A stretch of DNA of 63,732 nucleotides, filler included, from Octopus bimaculoides (lineage: Eukaryota), in assembly GCF_001194135.2 (NCBI RefSeq). It is 6 parts of 5 records of this genome, joined end to end, with 100 filler letters (N's around TTAATTAATTAA, not from the genome) between each part and the next. Parts side by side here need not be neighbours in the genome. Positions count along the whole stretch, not along the records: positions 45,998 to 52,746 come from NC_068992.1; positions 52,847 to 61,826 come from NC_068990.1; positions 61,927 to 63,732 come from NW_026377917.1; 3 more parts are not named here. The stretch is one strand, 5' to 3'. Under the pieces are notes generated by a model, which saw only the letters and a list, made by a program, of their open reading frames with translations, did no database searches and had not been told where the DNA came from. The position numbers and the translations under genes were made by a program. The first letter of the stretch is position 1. Every line of letters begins with the position of its first letter. Below are positions 51,939-63,440 of this stretch, piece after piece.

Positions 51939-52210
51939 TGTACTGTTCCGTGATGATAAGATTAACAAAAAAGTACTCCATGTGCTGAGAGGTAAATATT
52001 ATTTAAGAGACACCACCATTTGTAGCTCATAAATATATAGTGTGCTTATTGAATGATGTATATATATTTTAACAAGAATTGGGATTAAAAGAATCAGTGT
52101 GTGCTTGCAGATGTTCATTTTGTATGCACCTTTGCAGGTACATGAATAAATGCATAAACATACTAAATCATATATCAAAATAACATATTAATTAAACATA
52201 ACCACAAGCA

Positions 52211-52490
52211 TATGGCGTAGTGGCTAAGAGCACGGGCTACTAACCCCAAGATTCCGAGTTCTATTCCAGGCAGTGACCTTAATAATGATGATGATAATAT
52301 TATTAGTATTATTATTATTAATAATAATAATACTTATAATAATAACATTGGACAAATACCTTAGCAATGAGAACCCAGGTTCGAAATTCCCCCAGGACAC
52401 CTGATGAAGGCTGGAGAGTACATCAGCCGAAACGCTGTATTAACAGCAAATAAGATGTGGGCAAATATCCATCAAACGTAAATAATGTAA
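52211..52490 (+). mobile_element. tRNA-headed SINE-like unit carrying a hammerhead ribozyme (hammerhead at 52396-52441)
   Basis: A box TGGCGTAGTGG (52213-52223) and B-box-like GAGTTCTATTCC (52256-52267), an (AAT)n linker, then a second copy of the 19587-19705 repeat: GACAC-CTGATGA-A-GGCTG-gagagtacat-CAGCC-GAAA-CGC-T-GTATT. The U16.1 position is C, so this copy is likely inactive. Confidence 0.75.
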
Positions 52491-52678
52491 CTAATATCCT
52501 TGGTTTTGATTTTGTATTATATAAAATATTCAGACAGTGGATATACATAAAAAAAGAAAAAGAAACATGCTCTGTTTACCAACTGACGATCGGAAACGTG
52601 CAACTCTGAGTACTGCAGCCTTTCGGTTATAATATTTTAAAGACTACTCTATATTTGAAAATTACTATTTGTAATATA

Positions 52679-52746
<68 letters not shown>

Positions 52747-52846
52747 NNNNNNNNNNNNNNNNNNNNNNNNNNNNNNNNNNNNNNNNNNNNTTAATTAATT
52801 AANNNNNNNNNNNNNNNNNNNNNNNNNNNNNNNNNNNNNNNNNNNN

Positions 52847-53047
52847 TGTCGCCCGCACATGAGCCAGTCCGGGGGCACTGGCAACGATCCCGCTCGAAAC
52901 ATTTCATGTGTCACCTGCACATGAGCCAGTCCGGGGGCACTGGCAAACGATCCCGCTCGAAACATTTCATGTGTCACCTGCACAAGAGCCAGTCCAGGGG
53001 CACTGGCAACGAACTCGCTCGAAAGATATCATGTGTCGCCCGCACAT
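52847..53047. repeat. GC-rich minisatellite, 62-63 bp unit, 3 full copies
   Basis: The unit GCACATGAGCCAGTCCGGGGGCACTGGCAACGATCCCGCTCGAAACATTTCATGTGTCACCT starts at 52855, 52917, 52980 and (partial) 53042. Confidence 0.92.
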
Positions 53048-53847
53048 CGATACAAAATAGAAAATTAATAAAAGGCTTCATTCCTGACCTGCAAAACTAA
53101 CATTGATTAAACTGGTATCCTTCATTAGAGTGAGATGGTGTCTTCTCTTAGACCTAAAAACACAAAACAAAATAAAACAATAAATACAGATTTGGTTGCC
53201 AAAAACATCAAAAAGCTTTATTTAAAAATCTATATTATTTTAAACAGGAGAACAGTCAGTATTTTTAATCATTATTGACTATAATACTGGTTTGTTTTGG
53301 CTTGAAATACCCACAGACTAGCAAAAATGGTGATGGGATTATGATGGGTGATGGTGGTGGCGGCAGTGATGGTTGTTATGGAGGTGGTTAGCATGATAAA
53401 ATTTCTAATAAAATTTTCTGCTATGCAAGTTCCTTTGAGCTTTTCGGAGCAGTGGAATGGGGAGTTATCTTTTGGCTGAAGTATCATAAAATCATGTCCA
53501 TTCAGTGGACATGTTGCTACCCTAATTCCTAGCTCACCTCCCCCCCCACCCATTCTCTTTACATGACAGCAAAACACTTGAGAAAAAGAATGAGTGTTGA
53601 GTGTTGAATTAAGTGGAAACAGTCAGGAGATTTAGTTATCATAGGAAAGGTTTGATAATTATTGATACACTAAGAGCCAGTTATAGTTGAACAGATAGAA
53701 AGGAATATACAATTTGCTCTGTTGGAATTGGAAATCTTCTTGATTAGAATATTAATGAAGTCCAAATTCAAAATTAATTATAATGAGAAGAAAACCAGAA
53801 TGAATGTTTAAAAATGTTCTTACATTTAATATTGAAAGCAAGAGAAA

Positions 53848-54060
53848 AGGCGAGCTGGTAGAATTGTTAGCAGGGTGGTCGAAATGCTTTTGCAGCATTT
53901 CATCTGTTTGTATGTTCTGAGTTCAAATCCATTGAGGTTGACTTTGCCTTTGATCCTTCTAGGGTCAATAAAACGAGTACCAGTTGAGCACTGGGGCTGA
54001 TGTAATCAATTTAGCCCCTCCCCAAAATTGCTGGCCCTATGCAAAAATTTGAAACCAATA
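53848..54060 (+). mobile_element. SINE family A, CpG-decayed
   Basis: Family A sequence with many CG to TG/CA changes (CATTTCATCTG, GTTGAC, GGTCAATA). Confidence 0.8.
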
Positions 54061-54261
54061 TTGTAAGAAAGAAAATATTCTAAAAAATAAATGTCTCACT
54101 ATTGATTGCAGTGTCCCATTGGAATATATGGTTGTCCCTTTTTTAAATTAAGAATTTGACAACTGAAAGAAGCTTCTGGTATTGGAGGTAACCAAAATGT
54201 AGAATTGGAAGGAGAGTAAAGAGAGAGAACTCATCTCTCATCTCAGAATTGTCTCTAACAA

Positions 54262-55112
54262 AGACACAAGGCCAGAAATTTAGAGGGAGGGGTACAGCTG
54301 ATTATATCGAACTCAGTACTTGATCAGTCCTTTATTTTATTGACCATGAAAGGATAAAAAAGTAGTGTTGACTTTGGTGGGATTTGAACTTAGAACACGA
54401 AGAAGCAGAAGAAACACTGTAATTATCCCACTATTCTATGGCCTTCATCAATCATTTGATAATAATGATCTCAAATTCTGGCACAAGGCCAGTAATTCCA
54501 GAGGAGGGGTCAGATGCTTACATCAACCTTAGTGTTCAGCAAGTACTTATTTTATCCATCCCAAGAGGATGAAAGGCAAAGTCGACCTTAGCGGAATTTG
54601 AACCTAAAAAGTGAAGGCAGATGAAATGCCACTAAACATCTAACCTGGCATTCTACCAACTTGTCACCTTTGATAATAATGATGATGATTTCTTATTTAA
54701 GAACAAGGCGGGATAGTTGATACCATGATTCCAAGTATCTAACAGGTACTTTATTTTATTGACACCAAAATAATGAAAGGCAAAGTTGACTCCAACAGGA
54801 ACTACACTCAGAACATAAAAAGTTGGAAGAAACAGGCATGGCATCTTGTCTGATTGTTTAAATATTTTGCCACCTTTATCCACCCTCTAAAAATGGTTTC
54901 AAATATTGGAAGAAGGCCAGCAATTTTAGTGGGAAGGTGGTCAACTGATTACAACAATCTTCTCCAGTGATCAACTGGTACTTTATTCTATCAACCCTGA
55001 AAGGCTGAAAGGCAAAGTTGACCTTAGGAGAATTTGAACTCAAAATGTAATGAGTCAGGAGAAATACTGCTAAGCATTTTGTCTGGTGCACTAATGGCTC
55101 TGCCTGCTTGCC
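54262..55112 (-). mobile_element. Cluster of four same-orientation SINE family A copies
   Basis: The GAAAGGCAAAGT(C/T)GAC ... GAATTTGAAC block recurs near 54360, 54575, 54780 and 55010. Confidence 0.75.
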
Positions 55113-55302
55113 ACTGTTAACAATATAAACAAAATAGTGAAGGAACATGGGGTGATGTAAAGGGAGAAAAGCCTCTATGAAACTGTGAGACTTGCTAGGA
55201 ATAACAACTAAATCTCCCTTAAATTATACCCAACCATTTTGAAATGGTACCTTTGATAATGTAGTTCCCAGATACTCAATCTCAGAGAAAGAGAGAGAGA
55301 AT

Positions 55303-55350
<48 letters not shown>

Positions 55351-55726
55351 GAAGGATGCCTTAAATCACAGCAACAGTAATAATATCATTTCTTAAAAGT
55401 TTTTCATAGATATCCAGACTAAGGGGAAACAGAAGATATAACATTCATGCCTTTCCTGAGAATATTAATAGAAGAGGTAAACTAAAACAAAATTAGTTCC
55501 AACTAGGTATCATAACTGAGTTACACATTCATTTTACCGCAAGTATGTAAATATTTTCTAATGGTATTTTAACAGTATTTTAATAGGGTTAGTGTGTATT
55601 TTAATGGTATTTAAATGATGTTAGTGTGTTGGACTATAACAATCACAATATTATTTCTAAAACATTAATTGAAAAATACACAAATAAATGAGAATATAAT
55701 ATAAATATTAATATTTAGTGTTATTA

Positions 55727-55935
55727 AGGCGGTGAGCTGGTAAAATCATTACCATGTCAAAGTGCTTAGCAGCATTTCGTCTAACTTTACATTCTGAGTT
55801 CAAATTCCCCTGAGATTAACTTTGCCTTTCATCCTTTTGGGGTTGGTAAAATAAGTACCAGTTAAGTACTGGGTTCAATGTAATTGACTTACCCCTTCCC
55901 CAAACTTGCTGGCCTTGTGCCAAAATTTGAAAGCA
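55727..55935 (+). mobile_element. SINE family A, CpG-decayed
   Basis: GGCGGTGAGCTGG ... CTGAGTTCAAATTCC ... GCTGGCCTTGTGCCAAAATTTGAA. Confidence 0.8.
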
Positions 55936-56519
55936 ATATTTAGAGTAATTTTTATTTGTATCATACATTTTCAATGAAAATAATGCTAAAGGTATATTGC
56001 GTAATACAACGTTGTCAACAAAAAAGCATGAGCTTACTATAATCTCTATGTTGGACATGTAATGCGCTTATAAAAACTCCAAATAAAACAAAGCAATTAG
56101 AAAAAAAAGAGAAAATTAATAACACAGCTCTGTAGTTATATAAGTAATATATTTGCAGAGATACATCTAGAGCAGCTGTACAATGAAAAAAAAAAAAAAA
56201 TGAAACTCATTGATAACCAGCAAGTCACATCACTACCTGAAATCAATAATGCAAGAGTTCTAGAAAACAACAATCACCAATGGAAATGACATTCCTATCT
56301 CAACGTTCCCACGGGGAAAATAAACCTTATTTTCTCTGCCAAAACTGATCAAAATAAGCTATTATTTGGTCCTCTCTAGGGACACTCAAACCTAATATGT
56401 GATGCCTTTATTTATGATGCCTAAAAGAGAATTCTAAGCCAATAGCATTGGTGTGTATGTGTGCTTGCATGTATATTTGAATATATGTGTATGTATGTAT
56501 GTATGTATGTATGTATGTA

Positions 56520-56940
56520 TGTCATTGTTCAGTTTTATTTCAAGATTTCTTGCTAATAAAGAGCTGGTTTCTAACCTAAATTCAAGGCTCCTTCATTGGA
56601 ATTTCAACATCAACAACAGGGTATTTTTGTTTGTTTGTATGAATGGATGGATGGATGGATGGATAGATGGATGTATATGTGCAGATTTATATGTTTTGCT
56701 TTATGTATATATTCTCATGCATATAGTAGCATATCTACACATGCTCATATATATTTAAATGATAAATTTCTGGAAAGTTTTACAAATTTTTACAGTTCCA
56801 GTGATGGATAGGATCTGTAGTCTTCGAATTAGCTTTCTCCCTTCGGGTTTTGAGAAGCCTAACTTCTCAAGATTGGTATTTAGGCAATGTGTTACAGTTC
56901 TCAAGGCTCCAACAATTACAGGTATAAACCTGAACTTGTA
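56520..56940 (-). mobile_element. 3' tail of (CATA)n-associated RLE LINE
   Basis: YKFRFIPVIVGALRTVTHCLNTNLEKLGFSKPEGRKLIRRLQILSITGTVKICKTFQKFII*. (GTAT)n lies on both flanks. Confidence 0.88.
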
Positions 56941-57724
56941 ATGTATGTATGTATGCATGCATGTATGTATGTATACATGTGTATATGCAGGCATTGAGAA
57001 GTTTGTTCTAACTATCTTGTTTTGGGTTCCATCCTGCTGCGTGGCACCTTTGGCAAGTGTTCTCTACTATAGCCCTTGGATGGCCAAAGCTGAAAGAAAT
57101 TGAAAAGATGCTTGTTATTTAGTGAACCCTTTTACTGTATACAACAGATGAGAACTGTGCAACTTCTTGCTGAACAATTTGCACGGATGATTTGACTCAA
57201 GTAGTTATGTACTTTTGGTCATTTGAGTTTGACAAGTCACCTATACAGCTAAGTACTTTATAGGGGCGAAATCAATGGTCACTCCTGTGACCAACCATAA
57301 TATTTAACTTGCTAAAATGCACACACACACTCACTCAGCCAAAATCTTTCCCAGTGGCTCAGACACAGTACCAGCTCCTCACCTTACACTGCTCTCGTGC
57401 TAGTCATACATTTCATCAGAGTCCTCCCATCTAGTCCTTGATGTTATTGCATCATCTTCATATTTTGTCCCCTACAATCCCTTCTACAAAATTAAACATA
57501 TACAGGTATAAATATAAACAAAATAACACTGTAACTAAACAGTGTGTTTGATAAACAATATTCATCTAAATATAACATTTATCTGACTACTTACAAAGTT
57601 TAGATCATTTATACAACTACCTACATTTTGTGTGTTAGAAAACCTTAACTGCGTATTTTGTAATGTGAATCTGACTGAAAACACCAGTGTTTTGTGACTT
57701 GGACAAATAACATATTAATGTGTA

Positions 57725-58152
57725 GGTTTCAAATTTTGGCACAAGGTCAAAACTTCAGGGTATGGAGTAAGTTGATTATGTTGACCCCAGTGCTCAATTG
57801 TCACTTATTTTATCAAGACTGAAAGGATGAAAGGCAAAATCAACCTTGGCAAAATTTGCATTCAGAACATAAAGACAGATGAAATGCTGCTAAGCATATC
57901 ACCAGGTGTACTAATGATTCTTATTTCTTTATTGCCCACAAGAGGCTAAACATAGAGGGAACAAACAAGGACAGACAAAGGGATTAAGTCGATTACATCG
58001 ACCCCAGAGTGTAACTGGTACTTAATTTATCGACCCTGAAAGGATGAAAGGCAAAGTCGACTTCGGCAGAATTTGAACTCAGAACGTAACAGCAGACGAA
58101 ATACCGCTAAGCATTTCGCTCGGCATGCTCATGATTCTGCCAACTCACCACC
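57725..58152 (-). mobile_element. Head-to-tail SINE family A dimer
   Basis: Two bodies joined by the tail TGTCTGTCCTTGTTTGT..GGGCAATAAAGAAATAAGAA, the same junction as at 32128-32190. Confidence 0.8.
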
Positions 58153-60399
58153 TTCTATAACAGACTAATGTATTAACCCTTATGATACATGATAAGCATT
58201 TAATTTATAAAGAGTTAACTTATTAACTCTTAGCGAATTAAGAAAAAATCTTAATCTATTAACTCTTATTACATATAATAAAATCTTAATCTATTATCCC
58301 CTTATTACATTTGATAATTTATCAACCCTTTTTATATAATATAAAGTAAATATTTCTACCATTTTATTTTCCTTCACTAGTATTTGCATTTGGAAGAGGA
58401 ATAGGCAACTGGATTTCTTACTCATGAGAATGTACAGCTGCATAGTTAAGAAGTTCACTTCATGATCACAGAGTTTCAGATTCGGTCCCACAATGTGTCA
58501 CCTTGGACATGTGTCTTCTACAATTGTCTTGGGCCAACTGATAATGTCTTGTAAATGATTTTGGTGGACAGAAACTATACGGAGCATCTTGCGCGTGTGT
58601 GTGCATGCATGTGTGCATGTGTATGGGGCATCTATTTGAATGTTTACATTTGTGCTTCACTGAAAAATTGCTGAGATTCCAACAGTGAAATTTATTGTCA
58701 TTTACCTTGTGAACAAATCATTAGGTAGCTCTGCACCTTCAAAACCAGATTAAGGTTAGTGACAGGAAGGGCATCCAGTTGAAAAACAATGCTTCAATGA
58801 TATATTCATCTAACCCATACTAGCATGGAAAAATGAACATAACTGAACAAACACAAAAGCCTCAGATTTCTAGAAGAGGGAAAATATGCAGGTAAAATGA
58901 CCACAGCTTGGAACAAGGTTAAAAGCTCAGCGTGTTAAGTGCTTATCATTACTCAACTCCACTGCATTCTATTACTATGTTGGTGGAGAACTGTTCAATT
59001 ACACAGACTGTCAAAGATAATAACCAAATCGCCCTCAAATCACACCTCCACCATTCTATGTAAAGAAGGACCTTGATGCTAAACAACAACAACAATTTGA
59101 GGGGATGAGGAGTGGAGGGGATGGTGAGGAGGAGGAGGAGTGTATAATTGAGAGTATTTATAGGAGTTATACAAATAAGAAATTTGTTCTCCATAGATAA
59201 AATGCAACAGTAATTAGCATAATTGACTTTCAAATCTGTCAGAAAGTATTAAGAATGAATATGTACATCATTGTTTCGTTTTATTTAATTTTATTTTAAG
59301 GCAACAAATATTTTTTCTTTAAAAATAAATATTCATTTCATCATTTTGTATTAATATCAAGAAATTTGATAAAAGTTGCATTATAATTACTAGGTCGTTA
59401 CCCATTGCTATGCTACTGGTAAAAGTATTTGTTAATTCTTCTCATACCATCATAAATTGTTTCAAATGAAAGTCTTTTTTTAAAGTCTGTGTCGTTTTGT
59501 CTATAAGTTGAAAGACACACAGAAACACACACACACACATGCACGCACGCACACACACACACAATGCAAGAAAAAACAACTATATGTATTATATATATAT
59601 ATATTTATATATATATATAAATATATACACATATATATATTCTTTTTTATTTTATTTTTAATTCTAGAAGAACAAACATGATCATATGGAAGTTGAGTTA
59701 TTTGTGCCTTTCCCAAGGACATTAGTAATAGAGCAGTTTCAGCAGTGAATTGAAACCAGTTGTGGATCGAATTCCTTAAGAGTTTACTGCTACACCATCA
59801 TATTGTTGCAGACGTAAGCCAGAATTCTTCAACAGAAGAATAGTCAATAATACATGCAATTGTTACCAAATTAACAGCCATTCTAACAAGAAAGAGGATT
59901 AAAAAGTCAAACATACTTAATACAAATAGAATATTGTTAATATCAAGTTAAAAGATGACACTATAATGGAAATGGTATTTTTGATATTTGTTAATAAAGT
60001 AACTATTTCATGTTTTATTAGTTCCGTAACACGGCTCAAGGGAAACAAAGTCGAAACTTATAAATTCATAATGTAGTGAATATTTTAACAACTGAACTTG
60101 CACTCCTTTAAGCAATATGTTCACAAGTCTGTAACTAATGTATTTAGGAGTTGAACAAGTGTTGGCAATGTTCCATCAAAGCAACAGCAAGTCTGTTTTC
60201 TTCAGCATACCTGCATCTCAGAACAATTATAGGTTATTCTACATTGGAACAGAATTTGTTCTCACAAATGCTCCAAATATGACTCTTGAAATTTAAATAC
60301 CAAACTATTAATGCTTATTTTCATTTTGAAGTTTTGCTATAACATTGCAGTCAGTCTCTAAATCTTGGGGAAATTTTCTTGCTGATAACATATCTATTT

Positions 60400-60620
60400 T
60401 ATCTTTTATCTTTTACTTGCTTCAGTTACTGGACGACTGCCTGGCTGGGGCACTGCCTTGAAGAGTCTAGCTGAACAAATCAAACCCAGTATTTGTTGTT
60501 TTTTTTTAAAGTCTGATACTTATTTTATTGGTCTCTGTTGCTGAACCACTAAGTTACAAAGATGTAAACAAACTAGCACCAGTTGTCGAGTGGTGGAAAG
60601 AAGAATAAACACAAATACAG
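60400..60620 (-). mobile_element. SINE family C, 3' half, CpG-decayed
   Basis: TCTTTTACTTGCTTCAG ... CTGGGGCACTGCC ... GATGTAAACAAACTAGCACCAGTTGTC. Confidence 0.65.
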
Positions 60621-61423
60621 GCAAGTACATTCACATATGCACATACACACCCACACAAATGTATATGTACATATGTGTGTGTGAGTGTATGTATGTATAT
60701 ATGTATGTGTGTGTGTAAGGTTCGTACCCCACAGGTTTCGCATACAAACAAATATATATATACATATAGGTCTGAACATTGTGCTGAAAATAGAGTGATA
60801 AGAACCGTTGCACCGGTCCTCCTTTCCAAAAGCAACTAAAAGCGTATGTACCAGGGAACATGTATGTATGGGATCCTTTATATACACATGTGTGTATGTA
60901 TGTATGTGTGGGTGGGTATATATATGTGTCAGTCCACCTCCTATATAGTAACAATAACATTTGACTCTTTAGTATGCATGTATAGACATTTATGTATGTA
61001 CATCTGAACACACATATAGGTATTAATGTATTTATGTTTATGTATTTATGTATATCTCTATATGTTAAAATATGCATTCATATGCATATATATGTGAGTT
61101 TTTATGACTCTTTATGATTTTTTTTTATATGCTTTTATATTTTTATATTTATATTTGAATTTTGTAAACTTCATGTAAATCTCTTTTCATCTACCAATTG
61201 CTCCAGCTTACTGGAGTTATATAGATAGAATGGAGCATGCCACCTCTAGGCCAAAATAGCGGTAAGACTTTTTAATTTTTAATTGTTGATATGACATAGT
61301 GTGTCATATGTGTTTATATATTGTCTTTATTGTCCTTTTGGTTGAAAAATAAATAGGTTAATTAACATAGTACGGTGTCTACAAGTTGATGATTACCACA
61401 TATTCCCCTCCATTTTCTTATTG

Positions 61424-61456
<33 letters not shown>

Positions 61457-61547
61457 GTCTGAATTTTATTGTGTTAATTATCCTTACCAATCAGTTTTGT
61501 GTGAAATTATATAATGGAGTGTTAAGCCACAACCTAGTTATATAATA

Positions 61548-61826
61548 CTAGCAGCTAAGCCCGGTTTCACCCGGTCAGAGAGCGATGCGAAGAGAGAAAC
61601 AAAGACATTAAAAAGAGGAAGAAGTGGATACGAAGTGGTGTTTGGGTGACGGATCTTGGTAGAAAAAAAAGAATGTCATGGTGAGTTAGTAAGGAGAGCA
61701 AAGCAAGACTGGACTTACGTGGGCTGACAGGACGATGAAAAAATTGCGGAGTTGAAATTAGAGCAGTTGAAGTTGCCGTTGTTATCATTAGAGTGCCTCT
61801 TGGTAGACAACATTCTTTGTCCTTTC
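61548..61826 (+). mobile_element. Helitron/Helentron-like non-autonomous element 5' end
   Basis: Starts ACTAGCAGCTAAGCCCGGTTTCACCCGG (CTAG start followed by a short GC hairpin). A weaker similar start occurs at about 59389. Confidence 0.45.
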
Positions 61827-62096
61827 NNNNNNNNNNNNNNNNNNNNNNNNNNNNNNNNNNNNNNNNNNNNTTAATTAATTAANNNNNNNNNNNNNNNNNN
61901 NNNNNNNNNNNNNNNNNNNNNNNNNNGGTCGATGTAATCGACTATCCCTCACCCCAAAATTTCAAGCCTTGTACCTATAGTTGAAACGCTTAATAACATT
62001 ACTGTACTATTGTCAATATTGTAACGCTGTTGACAGACCAGTGTAACACTGTTATGCATTGCACTACTTTGTCACAATTTCCATATTATCTTTCAG

Positions 62097-62240
62097 ACTG
62101 CAAGACACCCCATGCAGCAGAACAGGCCATACAAGACTGTCAGGGACGGAAACATTGTCCAATTCAAGTGGACAGTAGTACTTTTGAGAATTATTGCCCC
62201 TCCAGCTCTCAAAAATATTTAGAAATTGTTTACTCCTGTG
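62097..62240 (+). CDS. Internal coding exon: C-terminal half of a SUEL-type galactose/rhamnose-binding lectin domain (host could be EVA1C-like, rhamnose-binding lectin or latrophilin-like)
   Basis: Acceptor TTATCTTTCAG at 62096 and donor GTGAG at 62241 give 144 bp, phase 1-1, no stops. Translation (D)CKTPHAAEQAIQDCQGRKHCPIQVDSSTFENYCPSSSQKYLEIVYSC fits the SUEL pattern C..C.G+..C...F...C....KYL.+.Y.C. Confidence 0.88.
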
Positions 62241-62353
62241 GTGAGATCTTAATTAATTTTCACTTCTTTCATTTCTAGCTCAACTGTGATTTTTTTAATG
62301 AATATACGTATCAGCATGTATGGTCGTTTGTATATATGTATTTGTGTGTGTGT

Positions 62354-62387
<34 letters not shown>

Positions 62388-62688
62388 GTATGTGTGCAAT
62401 CATCATTGTTTTAATGCCCATATTTTCATGATTACATGCATACATTCATACATACATACACACACATACAGACATACACACACACACACACATACATACA
62501 TACAAACATGCAAACATACATACATGGATACATGCACACATGCGCATGCACACACACATACAAACACACACACACAAACACACACACACATACATACATA
62601 CACACATGGATACATGCATGCACACACACATGCACAAGCACACACACATACATACATACAAACATACATACATACATACATACATACA

Positions 62689-62717
<29 letters not shown>

Positions 62718-62719
<2 letters not shown>

Positions 62720-63020
62720 GGATTACAAATTTGCAATTATACCAATAATAATTGTTGGAACACTTGGTTTTGTAAATAAATGCCTATGTCTATCTGTCAG
62801 TTTGAATAAGCTTGGATTTTCAGGAAGAGAAATCAACCAACTGACTCACTCATTACAAATACAATCTGTAAGCGGAACGGTAAAACTATGCAAGACTTTT
62901 CTCGAGTTTAAAATGTGGCATTGTTTTCATTATCTACATTCCAATGATAGAGTTTGTATCTTTGTTGGAAACCAGCTCCTTCAGAGGAAGAATCGAAATA
63001 ATTAAAAACAGAAAAGAACA
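62718..63020 (+). mobile_element. 3' tail of (CATA)n-associated RLE LINE (tandem copy 1)
   Basis: DYKFAIIPIIIVGTLGFVNKCL..KLGFSGRE..LQIQSVSGTVKLCKTFLEFKM*. (CATA)n lies on both sides. Confidence 0.85.
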
Positions 63021-63040
63021 TACATACATAAATACATACA

Positions 63041-63068
<28 letters not shown>

Positions 63069-63071
<3 letters not shown>

Positions 63072-63440
63072 CTCTTTGAAAATCAAAGAAAAAGAAGATA
63101 TCTATGGACAACAGCTTTGAAACTTCCAGCTTCTATATCCAGACTATGAATTCATATTCATACCAATAATAATTGGAGCACTAAGTTTAGTTACTAAATG
63201 CTTAAAGGAAAATCTGGATAAACTGGGATTTTCAGAAAGAGAAAGTGACCAGCAAATTTGGACGTTACAAGTGCAATCTGTGAGTGGAACAGTAAAAATA
63301 TGCAAGACTTGTCTCAAGTTCCAAATGTGAATTTGTTTGTATTAACTACATCCCAAAGATGGAGCCTTGTATCTTTGTCAGAAACCAGCTCCCTCCTCAG
63401 TAGAAGATTTATGATAATTAAAAAGTAGAAGAGACATACA
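63069..63440 (+). mobile_element. 3' tail of (CATA)n-associated RLE LINE (tandem copy 2)
   Basis: KEKEDIYGQQL*NFQLLYPDYEFIFIPIIIGALSLVTKCLKENLDKLGFSER..QSVSGTVKICKTCLKFQM*, with the same UTR as copy 1, ending in CATACATAC. Confidence 0.85.

Noticed and set aside
52211-52275. tRNA gene call for SINE heads (also 32690, 40350, 41990, 42797)
   Set aside because: A/B boxes are present but there is no complete cloverleaf or acceptor stem, and they continue into repeat bodies.
52855-53041. CRISPR-like or hammerhead interpretation of the 62-bp repeat
   Set aside because: Units are contiguous with no unique spacers, the context is eukaryotic with no cas genes, and there is no CUGANGA core.
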